Positions 25,849 through 37,822 of a stretch of DNA of 64,000 bases are shown piece by piece. The first letter of the stretch is position 1. Each line of letters begins with the position of its first letter. A model generated the notes under the pieces. It was not told where the DNA came from. It searched no databases and saw only the letters and a program-made list of their open reading frames with translations. The position numbers and the translations under genes are program-made. Origin of the DNA: an uncultured Gemmatimonadales bacterium (GTDB lineage Bacteria > Gemmatimonadota > Gemmatimonadetes > Gemmatimonadales > GWC2-71-9); NCBI GenBank assembly GCA_963716055.1, contig CAVQSR010000004.1:448118-512117 (forward strand), written 5' to 3'.

Positions 25849-27306
25849 ATGAACGCCATGCCGATTGCCGTGCTCGCGACGGTCCTCGCCCTCGCGCCCC
25901 TCGCCGCCCAGTCGCCCGATTCGGTCACCGCGGCCGACGTGCGCCGGCACATCACCGCCCTGGCGCACGACTCGATGCGCGGGCGGGGCACGCCGTCCGG
26001 CGGGCTGGACGCCGCGGCGCGCTACGTCGAGCGGCAGCTGCGGCGCTCCGGTCTGCGTCCGCTCGGCGACAGCGGCACGTTCGTGCAGCGCTACCAGGTG
26101 ATCCAGTCGCGGCTCGTGGCCGACAGCTCGTTCGTCGAGTTCCGCGGACGCGCCCCGCGCACCTTCCGGCTGGGCCGCCAGGTGGACTGGGTGCGGATCA
26201 GCGTGCCGGTCACGGGACCGATCGCGGGCCCGGCGGTGCTCGTCACCGGCGTCCCCGACTCGGCGGATCCGTTCGCCGGGGTCGAGCTGCGCGGCGCCGT
26301 CGTGATCCATCTCGCCCCCATGGTGGGCGAGCGGGTGGACGCCCCCGAGTGGCTGTTCGCCGCCGCCGCCCGCGCGGGCGTGGGCGCGTGGATCCTCGTC
26401 GTGGACCGGCCCGACGAGCGCTGGCGCGCCCTCACCGACCAGATCGCCCTGCCGCGGACGGTGATCCCGGGCATACCCGGGACCTGGCCGTTCCCGATCC
26501 TCGAGATGCGCGACGGCACGATCGGCAACTTCCTGGCCGAGCAGGGCGTGGCGCAGGCGGGCATCCGGCCGATCCGCGCGGTCGGGCCCCCGGTGGAGCG
26601 GCTCGAGGGGATGACGGTCCGCGTGCGGCTGCGCGAGCGCGTGCTGTCGCGCCGGTCGGCGCCCAACGTCCTCGCCTGGCTGCCCGGGACGGACACGGCG
26701 GGACCCGCCGTGATCCTGGGCGCCCACCTCGACGCCCTGGGGATGGGGCCGGCGATCGGATCGGACAGCATCTACAACGGCGCCGACGACAACGCCTCGG
26801 GGGTGGCCGCCGTGCTCGAGGCGGCGCGCCTGCTGGCCGGGGGGCCGCCGCCGGCCCGCTCGGTGGTGTTCGCCTTTTTTTCGGGGACCGAGCGGGGGCT
26901 CATGGGTGTCTCATATTATCTCGGGCGCCCCGCGGTCCCGCTCGCGCGCACGGCGGCGTTCGTGAACGTGGAGTCGGTGGGCCGAAACCTGCGCGACACC
27001 CTCGCCGTCGTGGGAGGCGCTCAGTCCGGGCTCGGGCCGGTGGTGGACGGCCTGCGGTCCGCGGCGGCCGCGTTCGGGCTGACGGTGGCGCGCGATCCGT
27101 GGCCGTCGGAGCAGCTGTGGCGCCTGGGGGATCACGGCCGGTTCGCCCTGCGCGGCGTCCCGACGCTGTACCTGTTCAACGGGGGCCACGGGGACCTGCA
27201 CCGTCCCGGCGACGAAAGCGGCAAGATCGCGTTCGACACGGTGGCGCGCATTGCCCGGTTCGTGGCGCTGCTGGGGCGGCAGTTGGCGGTCTCACCCACA
27301 CCATGA
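25849..27306 (+). CDS. M28-family metallopeptidase (aminopeptidase), secreted
   Basis: Signal peptide MNAMPIAVLATVLALAPLAAQ. Motifs are ...LAHDSMRGRGTPS..., NGADDNASGVAAVLEAARLL, GTERGLMG and a C-terminal HRPGDE. Confidence 0.88.
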   Translation: MNAMPIAVLATVLALAPLAAQSPDSVTAADVRRHITALAHDSMRGRGTPSGGLDAAARYVERQLRRSGLRPLGDSGTFVQRYQVIQSRLVADSSFVEFRGRAPRTFRLGRQVDWVRISVPVTGPIAGPAVLVTGVPDSADPFAGVELRGAVVIHLAPMVGERVDAPEWLFAAAARAGVGAWILVVDRPDERWRALTDQIALPRTVIPGIPGTWPFPILEMRDGTIGNFLAEQGVAQAGIRPIRAVGPPVERLEGMTVRVRLRERVLSRRSAPNVLAWLPGTDTAGPAVILGAHLDALGMGPAIGSDSIYNGADDNASGVAAVLEAARLLAGGPPPARSVVFAFFSGTERGLMGVSYYLGRPAVPLARTAAFVNVESVGRNLRDTLAVVGGAQSGLGPVVDGLRSAAAAFGLTVARDPWPSEQLWRLGDHGRFALRGVPTLYLFNGGHGDLHRPGDESGKIAFDTVARIARFVALLGRQLAVSPTP

Positions 27307-28889
27307 AGGAGTCGGCTGTGAAATCCTCGCTCGTTCTGGTCGCGGTCTGCGCCGCGCCGGCCTGGCTCGGCGCCCAGGCGCCGGTCGCCCGCGGTGCCGC
27401 CCGCGCCCAGCGCCGTCGAGCGCGCCGCGAACACCATCACGGCGGAGGACGTGCGGCGCCGTGTGTTCCTGCTGGCCGACGACTCGATGCGGGGCCGCGA
27501 CACGCCCAGCCCCGAGCTGGAGCAGACGGCCGCGTACATCGCCGCCGAGTTCCGCCGTTTCGGCCTGCGCCCCGGCGGCGACGGCGGCACGTTCATCCAG
27601 CGCTACGCGATGGTGCAGCAGGCGGTGGACACGGCGACGAGCGTGCTCCAGGTCGGCGGCCCGCGGGCGCGCGAGCTGCGCATCGGGCGCGACGTCGCGG
27701 TGCTGCCGTTCATCGGCCTGCCGTCGGCGGACCTGTCCGGCCCCGTGCTGGTGCTGGCGGGCCCCGAGTCCGACGCGAACCGCTTCGCCGGGCAGGACGT
27801 CCGCGGCGCGTGGCTCGTGATGGCGGCGACCGCCAGCCCGCGCGCGCCGGCCGGCCTCATGGCCGAGTGGCAGAGCGCGCAGGCCGCCATTCTCGGCGGC
27901 GCGAAGGGCGTGATCGTCGTGTCCGACCGGCCCGACTCCCTGTGGACGCGGGTGCTCGCCCGCGTGAGCCGGCCGGCGCTGTCGCTCGAAGGCGCCCAAG
28001 TCGTCTCCGCTCGAGGCGGCGCTGCTCGAGATGCGCGACGCCACGGCGCTCGCCGCCCTGGGCGTGGATGCGGCCGCGCTGCGGAGCGCCACCGCGCGCA
28101 CCGTCACGCCGCTCGCCGGCGTCACGCTGACCGTGAAGCCGCGGCACGTGGTGCTGAGCCGCGTCGAGGCTCCCAACACGGTGGGCATCCTCGAGGGCAG
28201 CGACCCGCAGCTCAAGAACGAGTACATCCTGTTCAGCGCGCACATGGACCACGTCGGCGTGTCGGCCGACGGCCGCTGCCAGGCCCGCGGGGGCGACTCG
28301 ATCTGCAACGGCGCCGACGACGACGCCTCGGGCACCGTCACGGTGATCGAGCTGGCCGAGGCGTTCGCCCGGCTCCAGCCGCGGCCGCGGCGGTCGCTGA
28401 TCTTCCTGACGGTGAGCGGCGAGGAGCGCGGGCTGTGGGGCTCGCAGCTACTTCGCCAACCAGCCGCCGGTGCCGATGGCGCAGGTCGTGGCGAACCTCA
28501 ACATGGACATGGTGGGCCGCAACTGGACCGACACGATCGCGGTGATCGGCCGCCAGCATTCGAACCTCGGCGCGGTGCTCGACCGCGTCGCGGCGGCGCA
28601 CGCCGACCTGCGCATGACCCCGATCGACGACATCTGGCCGCAGGAGAACTTCTACGAGCGCTCCGACCACTACAACTTCGCGGTGAAGGGCGTGCCGATC
28701 CTGTTCTTTTTCAACGGCACGCACGCGGACTACCATCAGGTGTCCGACCACCCGGACAAGATCGATACCGACAAGGAGGCGCGGCTCGCCCGGCTGATCT
28801 TCTACCTCGGGCACGAGCTGGCGCAGGCGGCGGAGAAGCCGCAGTGGAATCCGGAGAGTTACCGGCGCATCGTGCAGGGCGCCCACTGA
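27303..28889 (+). pseudogene. Second M28-family peptidase (tandem paralog), at least 3 frameshifts
   Basis: ATGA overlap with the first M28 gene. The pieces are MKESAVKSSLVLVAVCAAPAWLGAQ, then ITAEDVRRRVFLLADDSMRGRDTPS..., then ...FSAHMDHVGV...CNGADDDASGTVTVIELAEAF...SGEERGLWGS, then ...NMDMVGRN...HADYHQVSDHPDKID. Confidence 0.8.
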
Positions 28890-28914
28890 GGCGCCCGCGC
28901 GGCGCGGCTCGGCG

Positions 28915-30066
28915 CTAGGCGCTCGCCCCGGCGCGGCGCATGGCGCCGAGCAGCTCGGCATTGGTGCGCGTGCGGCGCACCTGGTCCAGCAGCGCCTCGA
29001 GCGCCTGGGCCGGGGGCAGGCCGGCGAGGCGGCGGCGCAGCTCCTGGCGCGCCGCCACTTCGCCCGCGTCGCCCAGCAGCTCCTCGCGCCGCGTGCCGCT
29101 CGCCGCGATGTCCACGGCCGGGTAGAGCCGCCGGTCGGCCAGGTCGCGCCGCAGCCGCAGCTCCGAGTTCCCCGTCCCCTTGAACTCCTCGAAGATCACG
29201 TCGTCCATGCGGCTCTCGGTCTCCACCAGCGCGGTGGCGATCACCGTGAGCGACCCGCCGCCGTCGCGCGGCGGCACGGCCCGCGCCGACCCGAACAGCG
29301 CCTTCGGCTCGGCCAGCGCGTTGGCGTCGAGTCCGCCCGACAGCGTGCGGCGGCTGCTCACGCCCGTGGTGTTGTGCGAGCGCGCGAGCCGCGTGATCGA
29401 GTCGAGCACGATCACCGCGTCCCGCCCCATCTCCACCTGGCGGCGCGCGTGCTCGAACGTCATCTCGGCCACCGCCACGTGCCGCTCGTGCGGCAGGTCG
29501 AAGCTCGACGCGATCACCTCGCCCCGCCCCCAGTCGATCATCTCGCTCACCTCTTCGGGCCGCTCGTCCACCAGCAGGATCAGGAGCACCGCGTCGGGGT
29601 GATTGAGCGCGACGCTCTCGGCCACGGCCTGGAGCAGGATCGTCTTGCCCGCCTTGGGCGGCGCCACGATCAGCGCCCGCTGCCCGAAGCCCAGGGGGCA
29701 GATCAGGTCCACCACGCGCTGCAGCTCCGCGGTGCGCGGGCTCGACGGCGTGGCGGTCTCGAGGGTGAGCGGCTTGAACGGGTGCACCGCGCCGAGCTTG
29801 CCGAACTCGGGCCGCTCGGCGGCGCGCTCGGGCGGCGCGCCGTTGACCGACGCCACGCGGCCGTTCTCGAGCGTCACGAGGTCGCCGCGCCGCAGCCCGC
29901 GCAGGCGCACCGGCGGATCGCCGCGGCCCGGCAGGTAGCCGTTGGCGGCGAAACGCAACGCGCCGCCTTTCGGCGTCGGGTCGAACCAGCCTGTGGACTG
30001 GGGACTGCCAGTGGTAAGGGTCACAGGTACCAGACAACAGTACAGTCGCAAGACGCCAAGTTGCAA
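28915..30066 (-). CDS. rho: Transcription termination factor Rho (short N-terminus; start uncertain: TTG 30066, TTG 30051 or GTG 30024)
   Basis: Motifs are [26 protein letters not shown] (Walker A), [29 protein letters not shown] and [35 protein letters not shown]. Only part of the RNA-binding OB region precedes them. Confidence 0.88.
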   Translation of the reverse strand: MQLGVLRLYCCLVPVTLTTGSPQSTGWFDPTPKGGALRFAANGYLPGRGDPPVRLRGLRRGDLVTLENGRVASVNGAPPERAAERPEFGKLGAVHPFKPLTLETATPSSPRTAELQRVVDLICPLGFGQRALIVAPPKAGKTILLQAVAESVALNHPDAVLLILLVDERPEEVSEMIDWGRGEVIASSFDLPHERHVAVAEMTFEHARRQVEMGRDAVIVLDSITRLARSHNTTGVSSRRTLSGGLDANALAEPKALFGSARAVPPRDGGGSLTVIATALVETESRMDDVIFEEFKGTGNSELRLRRDLADRRLYPAVDIAASGTRREELLGDAGEVAARQELRRRLAGLPPAQALEALLDQVRRTRTNAELLGAMRRAGASA

Positions 30067-30070
30067 GATG
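30044..30070. repeat. Solo copy of the GCAAGACGCCAAGTTGCAAG unit
   Basis: AGTCGCAAGACGCCAAGTTGCAAGATG lies within the first codons of the annotated rho ORF, in the rho-lepA divergent spacer. Confidence 0.6.
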
Positions 30071-30119
30071 CCCCCGGGTCGTCGGTCTCCTGTCCCCTAG
30101 CCGCTATATTGCCCCATCA

Positions 30120-31942
<1,823 letters not shown>

Positions 31943-31955
31943 GGCGGTCGGGCGG

Positions 31956-32372
31956 TCAGGCGGTCGAGATCGCCCGGAACCCCGCCACCGTGAAGTGCCC
32001 GTCGAGCGCGAGCGCTTCCTCGATGCCGCGCTCGGCCATCACGGCGAAGCTCACCGCGTCGGCGAACGAAAAGTCCTGGTCCCCGTAGCGCTCCAGCCAG
32101 TCCGTCACGGCGCGCTCCTCGAGGTCCGCCGTACTCCACACGACGGCGTTCGGCGCCAGACCCACGGTGCGCACGAACGCGAGCGCGGCGCGACGGCCGG
32201 CGCGCCGCAGCAGCATCGCGTGCGTCTCGGCCACCACCAGATTCGTGGTCACCACGCGCCGGCCAGCCCGCACCAGCCCGCGCAGCGCGTCGCGCAGCCC
32301 CGCGTGCGCGGCGTCGGACGTCACCGCGAGCGGATACCAGGCGCTCGTGTCCACGAACACCTCAACGCTCAC
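31956..32372 (-). CDS. vapC: VapC-type PIN-domain toxin
   Basis: GTG start. The PIN acidic residues lie in [29 protein letters not shown] and ALDGHF. It overlaps the antitoxin gene by 11 nt. Confidence 0.85.
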   Translation of the reverse strand: MSVEVFVDTSAWYPLAVTSDAAHAGLRDALRGLVRAGRRVVTTNLVVAETHAMLLRRAGRRAALAFVRTVGLAPNAVVWSTADLEERAVTDWLERYGDQDFSFADAVSFAVMAERGIEEALALDGHFTVAGFRAISTA

Positions 32373-32682
32373 GGCCGCGCCGCTTGCGCCGCCGCGCGGG
32401 CCCGCGCCACGACGCCTTCTCCGACTCGGCCAGGTAGCGATCGTGCTCGCGCGCCACGTCGTACCCCGGCGGCGGTCCCGCCACGGCACCCGCCAGCCCG
32501 ATGATCCGCAGCGCCGGGTGATGCTCGGGATCGGCCAGGACGTGCTCGAGCACCTCCAGCCCCCGCCGCAGCACGTCCGATTTGGACGACGCCAGCTGCT
32601 CCGCAAGGCGCTCGAGGCGCTGGCGGTCGGCGGCGCCGAGGTACACCTGCACCGGCTCGGCCACGCGGCGCCGCGGCGTCAT
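32362..32682 (-). CDS. vapB: Ribbon-helix-helix (CopG/VapB-like) antitoxin
   Basis: The N-terminus VQVYLGAADRQRLERLAEQLASSKSDVLRRGLEVL is RHH-like. An AT-rich upstream region carries TATATT and small inverted repeats (CATGAC/GTCATG). Confidence 0.7.
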   Translation of the reverse strand: MTPRRRVAEPVQVYLGAADRQRLERLAEQLASSKSDVLRRGLEVLEHVLADPEHHPALRIIGLAGAVAGPPPGYDVAREHDRYLAESEKASWRGPARRRKRRGRER

Positions 32683-32751
32683 GGGAAATGACTGGTAGTC
32701 ATGAGGACAATATAATGCGTCATGTCACACGTGGGCGATCCGCCGAGCCGC

Positions 32752-32848
32752 GGAAGAAACGGATGAAGCAGGTCGGCACGGTACATTCCGCAGGAAGCGT
32801 TCCTGGCGGTGTTCAGGCGGAGAAGCGCGGTCGGGCGGTCGGGCGGCC
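32752..32848 (+). repeat. Direct repeat copy 2: degenerate displaced copy of the lepA 3' end
   Basis: GGAAGAAACGGATGAAGCAGGTCGGCACGGTACATTCCGCAGGAAGCGTTCCTGGCGGTGTTCAGGCGGAGAAGCGCGGTCGGGCGGTCGGGCGG. It still encodes [10 protein letters not shown] and, after a 1-nt shift, PQEAFLAV. Confidence 0.85.
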
Positions 32849-32951
32849 GGGTGATGTGAGACTGAAGATGTCGGCTTTTGCCTCGCATCGACGCGCGCTT
32901 TGTCGTATCGTAGTCCCGCGTTCACCCGCTCTCACCACCACGGAGGCCACG

Positions 32952-34380
32952 ATGTCCGTCCCACGCCCAGCCGGCGCCGCGCTGGCACTGCTCTCGATGG
33001 CCGTGCTCGCGACCGGTTGCCGCGACGCGCGCGCCGGCGGCAGCCAGGAGCGCGCCGCACTCACCGCGCCGCCCGCCGTGCCCCCGCCCATCACGCGGCG
33101 CAGCCCCGCCGCGGTGGTGGTCGAGCTGGAGGCGCGGGAGCAGACGTCCGAGCTGCTCGCCGGCGTGCAGTACACGTTCTGGACGTTCGGCGGTACGGTG
33201 CCCGGACGTTCATCCGCGTCCGCGAAGGCGATCACGTGGAGTTCCACCTGAACAATCACCCGACCAGCCAGCATGCCGCACAACATCGACCTGCACGCGG
33301 TCACCGGTCCGGGCGGCGGCGCGGCGTCGTCGTTCGATGGCCCCGGGGCAGTCGGCGACCTTCGCGTTCACGGGCGCTCGAACCCCGGGCTCTACGTCTA
33401 CCACTGCGCCACGGCGCCGGTGGGCATGCACATCGCCAACGGCATGTACGGCCTGATCCTGGTCGAGCCGCCAAGGCGGGCTCCCGCCGGTCGACCGCGA
33501 GTACTACGTGATGCAGGGCGAGTTCTACACCCGGGACGGGTACGGCGAGCCGGGGCTCCAGCCGTTCGACATGGCGACGCGCCATCGCCGAGGATCCGGA
33601 CTACGTGCGTGTTCAACGGCTCCGTCGGTGCGCTGATCGACGAGCAGCGCGCTCACCGCGAAGGTCGGCGAGACCGTGCGGCTGTACGTCGGCAACGGGG
33701 GCCCGAACCTGATCTCCTCGTTCCACGTGATCGGCGAGATCTTCGACAACGTGTGGGACGAAGGCCGGCTCGGTCGCCCAACGAGAACATCCAGACGACG
33801 CTGGTGCCGGCGGGCGGCGCGGCCATCGTGGACTTCAGGCTCGAGGTGCCGGGCACGTTCATCCTGGTGGACCACTCGATCTTCCGCGCGTTCAACAAGG
33901 GCGCGCTCGGCATGCTGCGCGTGGCGGGACCGGCCGACTCCACGGTGTACTCGGGCCGCCTGGCCGAGGGCATCTACCGGCCCGAAGGCGGCGCGGTGCA
34001 GCAGGTGCGGCCCGAGGGCGCCGCCGCCGCCGCGCGCGCAGAACCGGGCCGAGCAAATCGCGTTCGGGGAGCGCGTGTTCGTCCAGAACTGCGCGCCGTG
34101 CCACCAGGTGGACGGCCGCGGCATCCCCGGCGCGTTCCCGCCGCTCGCGCGGTCCGACTACCTCAACGCCGACGTGCCGCGGGCCATCGGCGCCATCGTG
34201 CGGGGCCTGTCCGGCCCCATCACCGTCAACGGCACCGCGTTCAACAGCGTGATGCCGGCCGTGCACCTCACCGACGAGGACGCGGCCAACGTCCTCACGT
34301 ACGTGTACAGCCAGTGGGGCAATGCGGGGACCGTGGTGACGGCCGAGCAGGTCCGGGCAGCGCGGGGAGGCGGTCGATAA
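32952..34380 (+). pseudogene. nirK: Copper-containing nitrite reductase NirK with C-terminal cytochrome c domain, lipoprotein-type signal, many frameshifts
   Basis: GGAGG lies before the ATG. The pieces are MSVPRPAGAALALLSMAVLATGC, then FIRVREGDHVEFHLNNHP, then MPHNIDLHAVTGPGGG, then [27 protein letters not shown], then GGPNLISSFHVIGEIFD, then the C-terminal VQNCAPCHQ (CXXCH) ...VMPAV.... Confidence 0.85.
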
Positions 34381-34414
34381 GGCGGCGGGCGGGCGACCCG
34401 CGCCGCCGCGCCGT

Positions 34415-34828
34415 TCAGCTCCCGAGCAGGTCCAGGCCCGTCCCGCGGGCGCCGCGATAGGCCGCGAAGCCCCGCCGGTCGGTGGTGAACACCGCGGCGA
34501 CGCCCAGCGCGTCCGCCACGACGACCAGCGTCGCGTCGGCGTAGTCCATCGGCGTGCCGGCGTAGCGGCGCATCAGGTGCGCCGCCTGCCGGTGCGCGGC
34601 GGGATCGAGCGGCACGATGGGGATGCCCGCCGCGAGCAGGAACTCGAGCGGACGCGCGGCTTCCCCCGCGGCGCGCGCCGCGAGGTGCGACGCTTCGGTG
34701 ACCACGGCCTCGGTGGTCACGCAGCGGTGGATCACCTCGGGCCACACCAGCGCGCAGCGCGCGTGCCACTGGTCGCGGCGGTCCAGCACGGCCACCAGCG
34801 GTCCCGTGTCGAGCACCACGTCGCGCAC
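34415..34828 (-). CDS. PIN-domain (VapC-like) protein without an intact cognate antitoxin
   Basis: GTG at 34828. The PIN motifs are VVLDTGPLVA, VVTEASHL, MDYADATLVVVA and FTTDRRGF. Confidence 0.8.
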   Translation of the reverse strand: MRDVVLDTGPLVAVLDRRDQWHARCALVWPEVIHRCVTTEAVVTEASHLAARAAGEAARPLEFLLAAGIPIVPLDPAAHRQAAHLMRRYAGTPMDYADATLVVVADALGVAAVFTTDRRGFAAYRGARGTGLDLLGS

Positions 34829-34882
34829 GGCGGTCAGTCGGGCGCCCGCCAGTTGTGGGCGCGGATGCGCCGCGCCAGGTCG

Positions 34883-34953
34883 GCTAGACGGCGGTCGGTG
34901 CGACCGCCGGCTCGCGACCGCCGCATCCCGGACCGCCGCCCGCCGACCGCCTA
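34883..34953. repeat. GGCGGTCG-family repeat: one forward and four inverted units bounded by CTAG
   Basis: CTAGACGGCGGTCGGTG CGACCGCC GGCTCG CGACCGCC GCATCC CGGACCGCC GCCCG CCGACCGCC TAG. Confidence 0.7.
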
Positions 34954-34965
34954 GATTCCCCGCCG

Positions 34966-35989
34966 ATGCCCGCCGCCCCCGCCGCCTCGTGATCCAGACC
35001 GCCTTCCTGGGCGACGTGGTGCTCTCGACCCCGCTGCTCGACGCGCTGGCGCGGCGCCACGGCCCGGTGGACGTCGTGACCACCCCCGCGGCGGCGCCCC
35101 TGCTCGAGACCCACCCCGCCGTGCGCCACGTCATCCCCTACGCCAAACGCGGCGCCGACCGCGGCCTGGGGGGCCTGCTGCGCGTCGCCCGCCGGCTGCG
35201 CGCCGCGGGCTACGGGATCGCGTATCTTCCCCACCGCTCGCTGCGCAGCGCGGCGCTGGCGCGGCTGGCCGCCATCCCGGAGCGGATCGGGTTCACCGAC
35301 GGCTGGCCCCTGCTCTACACGGCCGCGCGGGAGCGGCCCGACACGGGCCACCAGATCGACCGGCTGCTCGCCCTCGCCGGCGAGGCCGCGCCGCACCAGA
35401 CGCAGCCGTCGCTCGGCGTCACCGCGACCGACCACGCGGCGGCGGGGCACCTGCTGCGCGCGGCCGACATCGCGCCGCCGTTCGTGGCGCTCGCCCCCGG
35501 GTCCATCTGGGGCACCAAGCGCTGGCCCGGGTACGCGGCACTGGCACGAGGCCCTGGCCGGCCGCGCGGGGATCGTGGTGGTCGGCGGCCCGGAGGACGC
35601 CGGCTGGGCGACGACATCGTCGGCGGCGGTGGGGCGGACGGGCGGGCGGGCGGTCAGCGCGTGCGGCCGACTCGGCCTGCGCGAGAGCGGCCGCGCTCGT
35701 GTCGCGCGCCGCGGTGCTCGTGACCAACGACTCGGCGCCGCTGCACGTCGCGGCCGCGGTGGGCACGCCGATCGTCGCCATCTTCGGCCCCACGGTGCCG
35801 GCGTTCGGCTTCGCGCCGCGCGGCCCGCGCGACGCGGTGGTCGAGCACCCGGACCTGCCCTGCCGGCCGTGCTCGGCGCACGGCCCGCGCACCTGCCCGC
35901 TCGGGCATCACCGCTGCATGAAGGAGATCGCCGTGGACCAGGTCCTGCACGCCATCGAGGAGACCGGTGCGCTACGTCATCGGGATTGA
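34966..35989 (+). pseudogene. Glycosyltransferase family 9 (LPS heptosyltransferase-like), at least 3 frameshifts; start uncertain (ATG 34966 or GTG 34989)
   Basis: The pieces are LVIQTAFLGDVVLSTPLLDALARRHG..., then ...FVALAPGSIWGTKRWP, then ...VVVGGPEDA, then ...LVTNDSAPLHVAAAVGTPIVAIFGPT.... Confidence 0.75.
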
Positions 35990-36923
35990 CATCGGGGGCA
36001 CGAACATCGTCGTCGGCGTGGTGGCCGAGGACGGGAGCGAGGTGCTGGCGCACACCTCGGAGGCGACGCACGTGGAGCGCGGCCCGGACGCCATCGTCGC
36101 CCGCATCGTGGAGCTGGCGCGCGCGGCGCGCGCGCAGGCCGGCCGCGACGTCGCCGGCGTGGGCATCGGGGCGCCCGGCCCGCTCGACACCAAGCGCGGC
36201 GTCGTGCTGCTGACCCCGAATCTCGGCTGGACCAACATGCCCCTGCGCGACCACCTCGCCACCGCGCTCGACCTGCCCGCCACGCTCGACAACGACGCCA
36301 ACTGCGCCATCCTGGGCGAGACCTGGCTCGGCGCCGCGCGCGGCGCGCGCTACGTGGTCGGCCTCACGATCGGGACGGGGATCGGCGGCGGCATCGTGCT
36401 CGACGGCGCCATCTACCACGGCGCGTCCGACATCGCGGGCGAGATCGGCCACATGACCATCGACCTCACCGGCCGGCGCTGCAAATGCGGCAACTACGGC
36501 TGCCTCGAGGCCTACGCCTCGGGCCCCGCCATCGCCGCGCGCGCCGTCGAGGGCATCGAGGCGGGCGTGGACACCACCCTGCCGAGCTACGTGGAGGGCA
36601 ACCTGACGCTCGTGACCGCCCAGGTGGTGTACGAGGCGGCGCACGACGGCGACCCCTTCGCGCTCGAGGTCGTGACCGACACGGCCAAGTTCCTCGGCGC
36701 GGGCGTCGCCAACATCGTCAACATCTTCAATCCCGAGGTCGTGGTGATCTGCGGCGGCGTGACCCGCGCGGGCGACCGGCTGTTCCTGCCGCTGCGCAGC
36801 GAAGTGAAGCGGCGCGCCTTCCGGCCCGCCGTCGAGCGTCTCAAGATCGTCCCCGGAACCCTCCCGGGCACGGCCGGCGTGGTGGGGGCGGCGAAGGTGT
36901 TTCTGAACGGGCATCCCGCCTGA
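35967..36923 (+). CDS. ROK-family sugar kinase (glucokinase-like)
   Basis: Motifs are VIGIDIGGTNIVVGVV, LDNDANCAILGE, GTGIGGGIVLDG and GEIGHMTIDLTGRRCKCGNYGCLEAYASG (the ROK zinc motif). Confidence 0.88.
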   Translation: MRYVIGIDIGGTNIVVGVVAEDGSEVLAHTSEATHVERGPDAIVARIVELARAARAQAGRDVAGVGIGAPGPLDTKRGVVLLTPNLGWTNMPLRDHLATALDLPATLDNDANCAILGETWLGAARGARYVVGLTIGTGIGGGIVLDGAIYHGASDIAGEIGHMTIDLTGRRCKCGNYGCLEAYASGPAIAARAVEGIEAGVDTTLPSYVEGNLTLVTAQVVYEAAHDGDPFALEVVTDTAKFLGAGVANIVNIFNPEVVVICGGVTRAGDRLFLPLRSEVKRRAFRPAVERLKIVPGTLPGTAGVVGAAKVFLNGHPA

Positions 36924-37001
36924 CGGCCGCGCCGCCCGACTGGCGCGATGGCCAGGACGGGATAGCCTTATCCCCGAACCCAACAGTCAGGAAGGTGCCC
37001 G

Positions 37002-37487
37002 ATGCATTGCCAGACATTCACGCTCGCCGTCCTCAGCGCGTTCGCGGTCACCGGCTGCGCCAAGGCCGTGGACCTCGACGCGGCCCGCACCGCGCTCCAG
37101 GCGGCCGACGCCGCGTACTCGGCCGGCTTCACGGCGATGAACGCCGACAGCTTCGCGTCCATGTACGCCGCCGACGCCAAGATGTACCCGCCGAACGACA
37201 GCGCCCGCACGGGCACCGACGCGATTCGCGCCTTCGGCGCGCAGTTCGCGGCCATGCAGGGGCTCAGCGTGACGTTCCATCCGATCGAGGTGGGCGTCGG
37301 GGGCGGCGGCGACATGGGCTACTCCCTCAGCCACTACGTCGTCACGTACCCCAAGCCGGACGGCACGTCCGGGACCGACCAGGGCCACGACTTCCACGTG
37401 TGGCGCAAGCAGGCCGACGGGTCGTGGAAGATCGTGGTGGACATCTGGAATTCCGAAGTGCCGATGGCGGGGATGGCGGGGCACTAA
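37002..37487 (+). CDS. SnoaL/DUF4440-like (NTF2-fold) lipoprotein
   Basis: Lipobox LSAFAVTGC. Motifs are ...ADAAYSAGFTAMNADSFASMYAADAKMYPPN... and ...FHVWRKQADGSWKIVVDIWNS. Confidence 0.7.
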   Translation: MHCQTFTLAVLSAFAVTGCAKAVDLDAARTALQAADAAYSAGFTAMNADSFASMYAADAKMYPPNDSARTGTDAIRAFGAQFAAMQGLSVTFHPIEVGVGGGGDMGYSLSHYVVTYPKPDGTSGTDQGHDFHVWRKQADGSWKIVVDIWNSEVPMAGMAGH

Positions 37488-37492
37488 CAGAG

Positions 37493-37535
37493 GGCGGTCC
37501 GGCGGTCCGGCGGTCGGGCGGTCTACCCGCCCGAC
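37493..37535. terminator. Bidirectional hairpin built from GGCGGTC(C/G) octamers between convergent genes
   Basis: Four tandem octamers are followed by the stem GTCGGGCGG (37513-37521) / CCGCCCGAC (37527-37535) with a 5-nt loop. The stop codon of the minus-strand gene (37523-37525) lies in the loop. Confidence 0.6.
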
Positions 37536-37801
37536 AGCCGGCCCCGCTCGCGGGTCTGCGCCAGCGTGCGCTCGGCGAAGTCCACCCGCTCCTGCACGTC
37601 GCTCAGCTCGGCCCGCAGCTGGGCCACCTCGGCTTCGAGCGCCTCCAGGCGCCCGCCGCCGGGACCGGCCACGCCCTCCCGGGCGCGCGCCTCCTCCAGC
37701 CGCAGCTTCCAGATCTTCTGCAGCCCGCTCATGACGAGGGCGACCACGGGAATGGTCAGCGCCAGGATCGGGATGAGCAACGCCATCATCTGTTTGTCCA
37801 C
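37523..37801 (-). CDS. Small single-pass membrane protein with C-terminal coiled coil (PspB-like architecture)
   Basis: GTG start. The product is MDKQMMALLIPILALTIPVVALVMSGL followed by ...LEALEAEVAQLRAELSDVQERVDFAERTLA. Confidence 0.55.
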   Translation of the reverse strand: MDKQMMALLIPILALTIPVVALVMSGLQKIWKLRLEEARAREGVAGPGGGRLEALEAEVAQLRAELSDVQERVDFAERTLAQTRERGRLSGG

Positions 37802-37822
37802 GGCTGCTCCTCTGGTGCGCCG

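Noticed and set aside
34834-34926. A 30-codon ORF upstream of the PIN gene, considered as an intact antitoxin gene.
   Set aside because: It is too short, and its N-terminal half is encoded by the octamer repeat. It is kept only as a possible remnant in the orphan-PIN finding.
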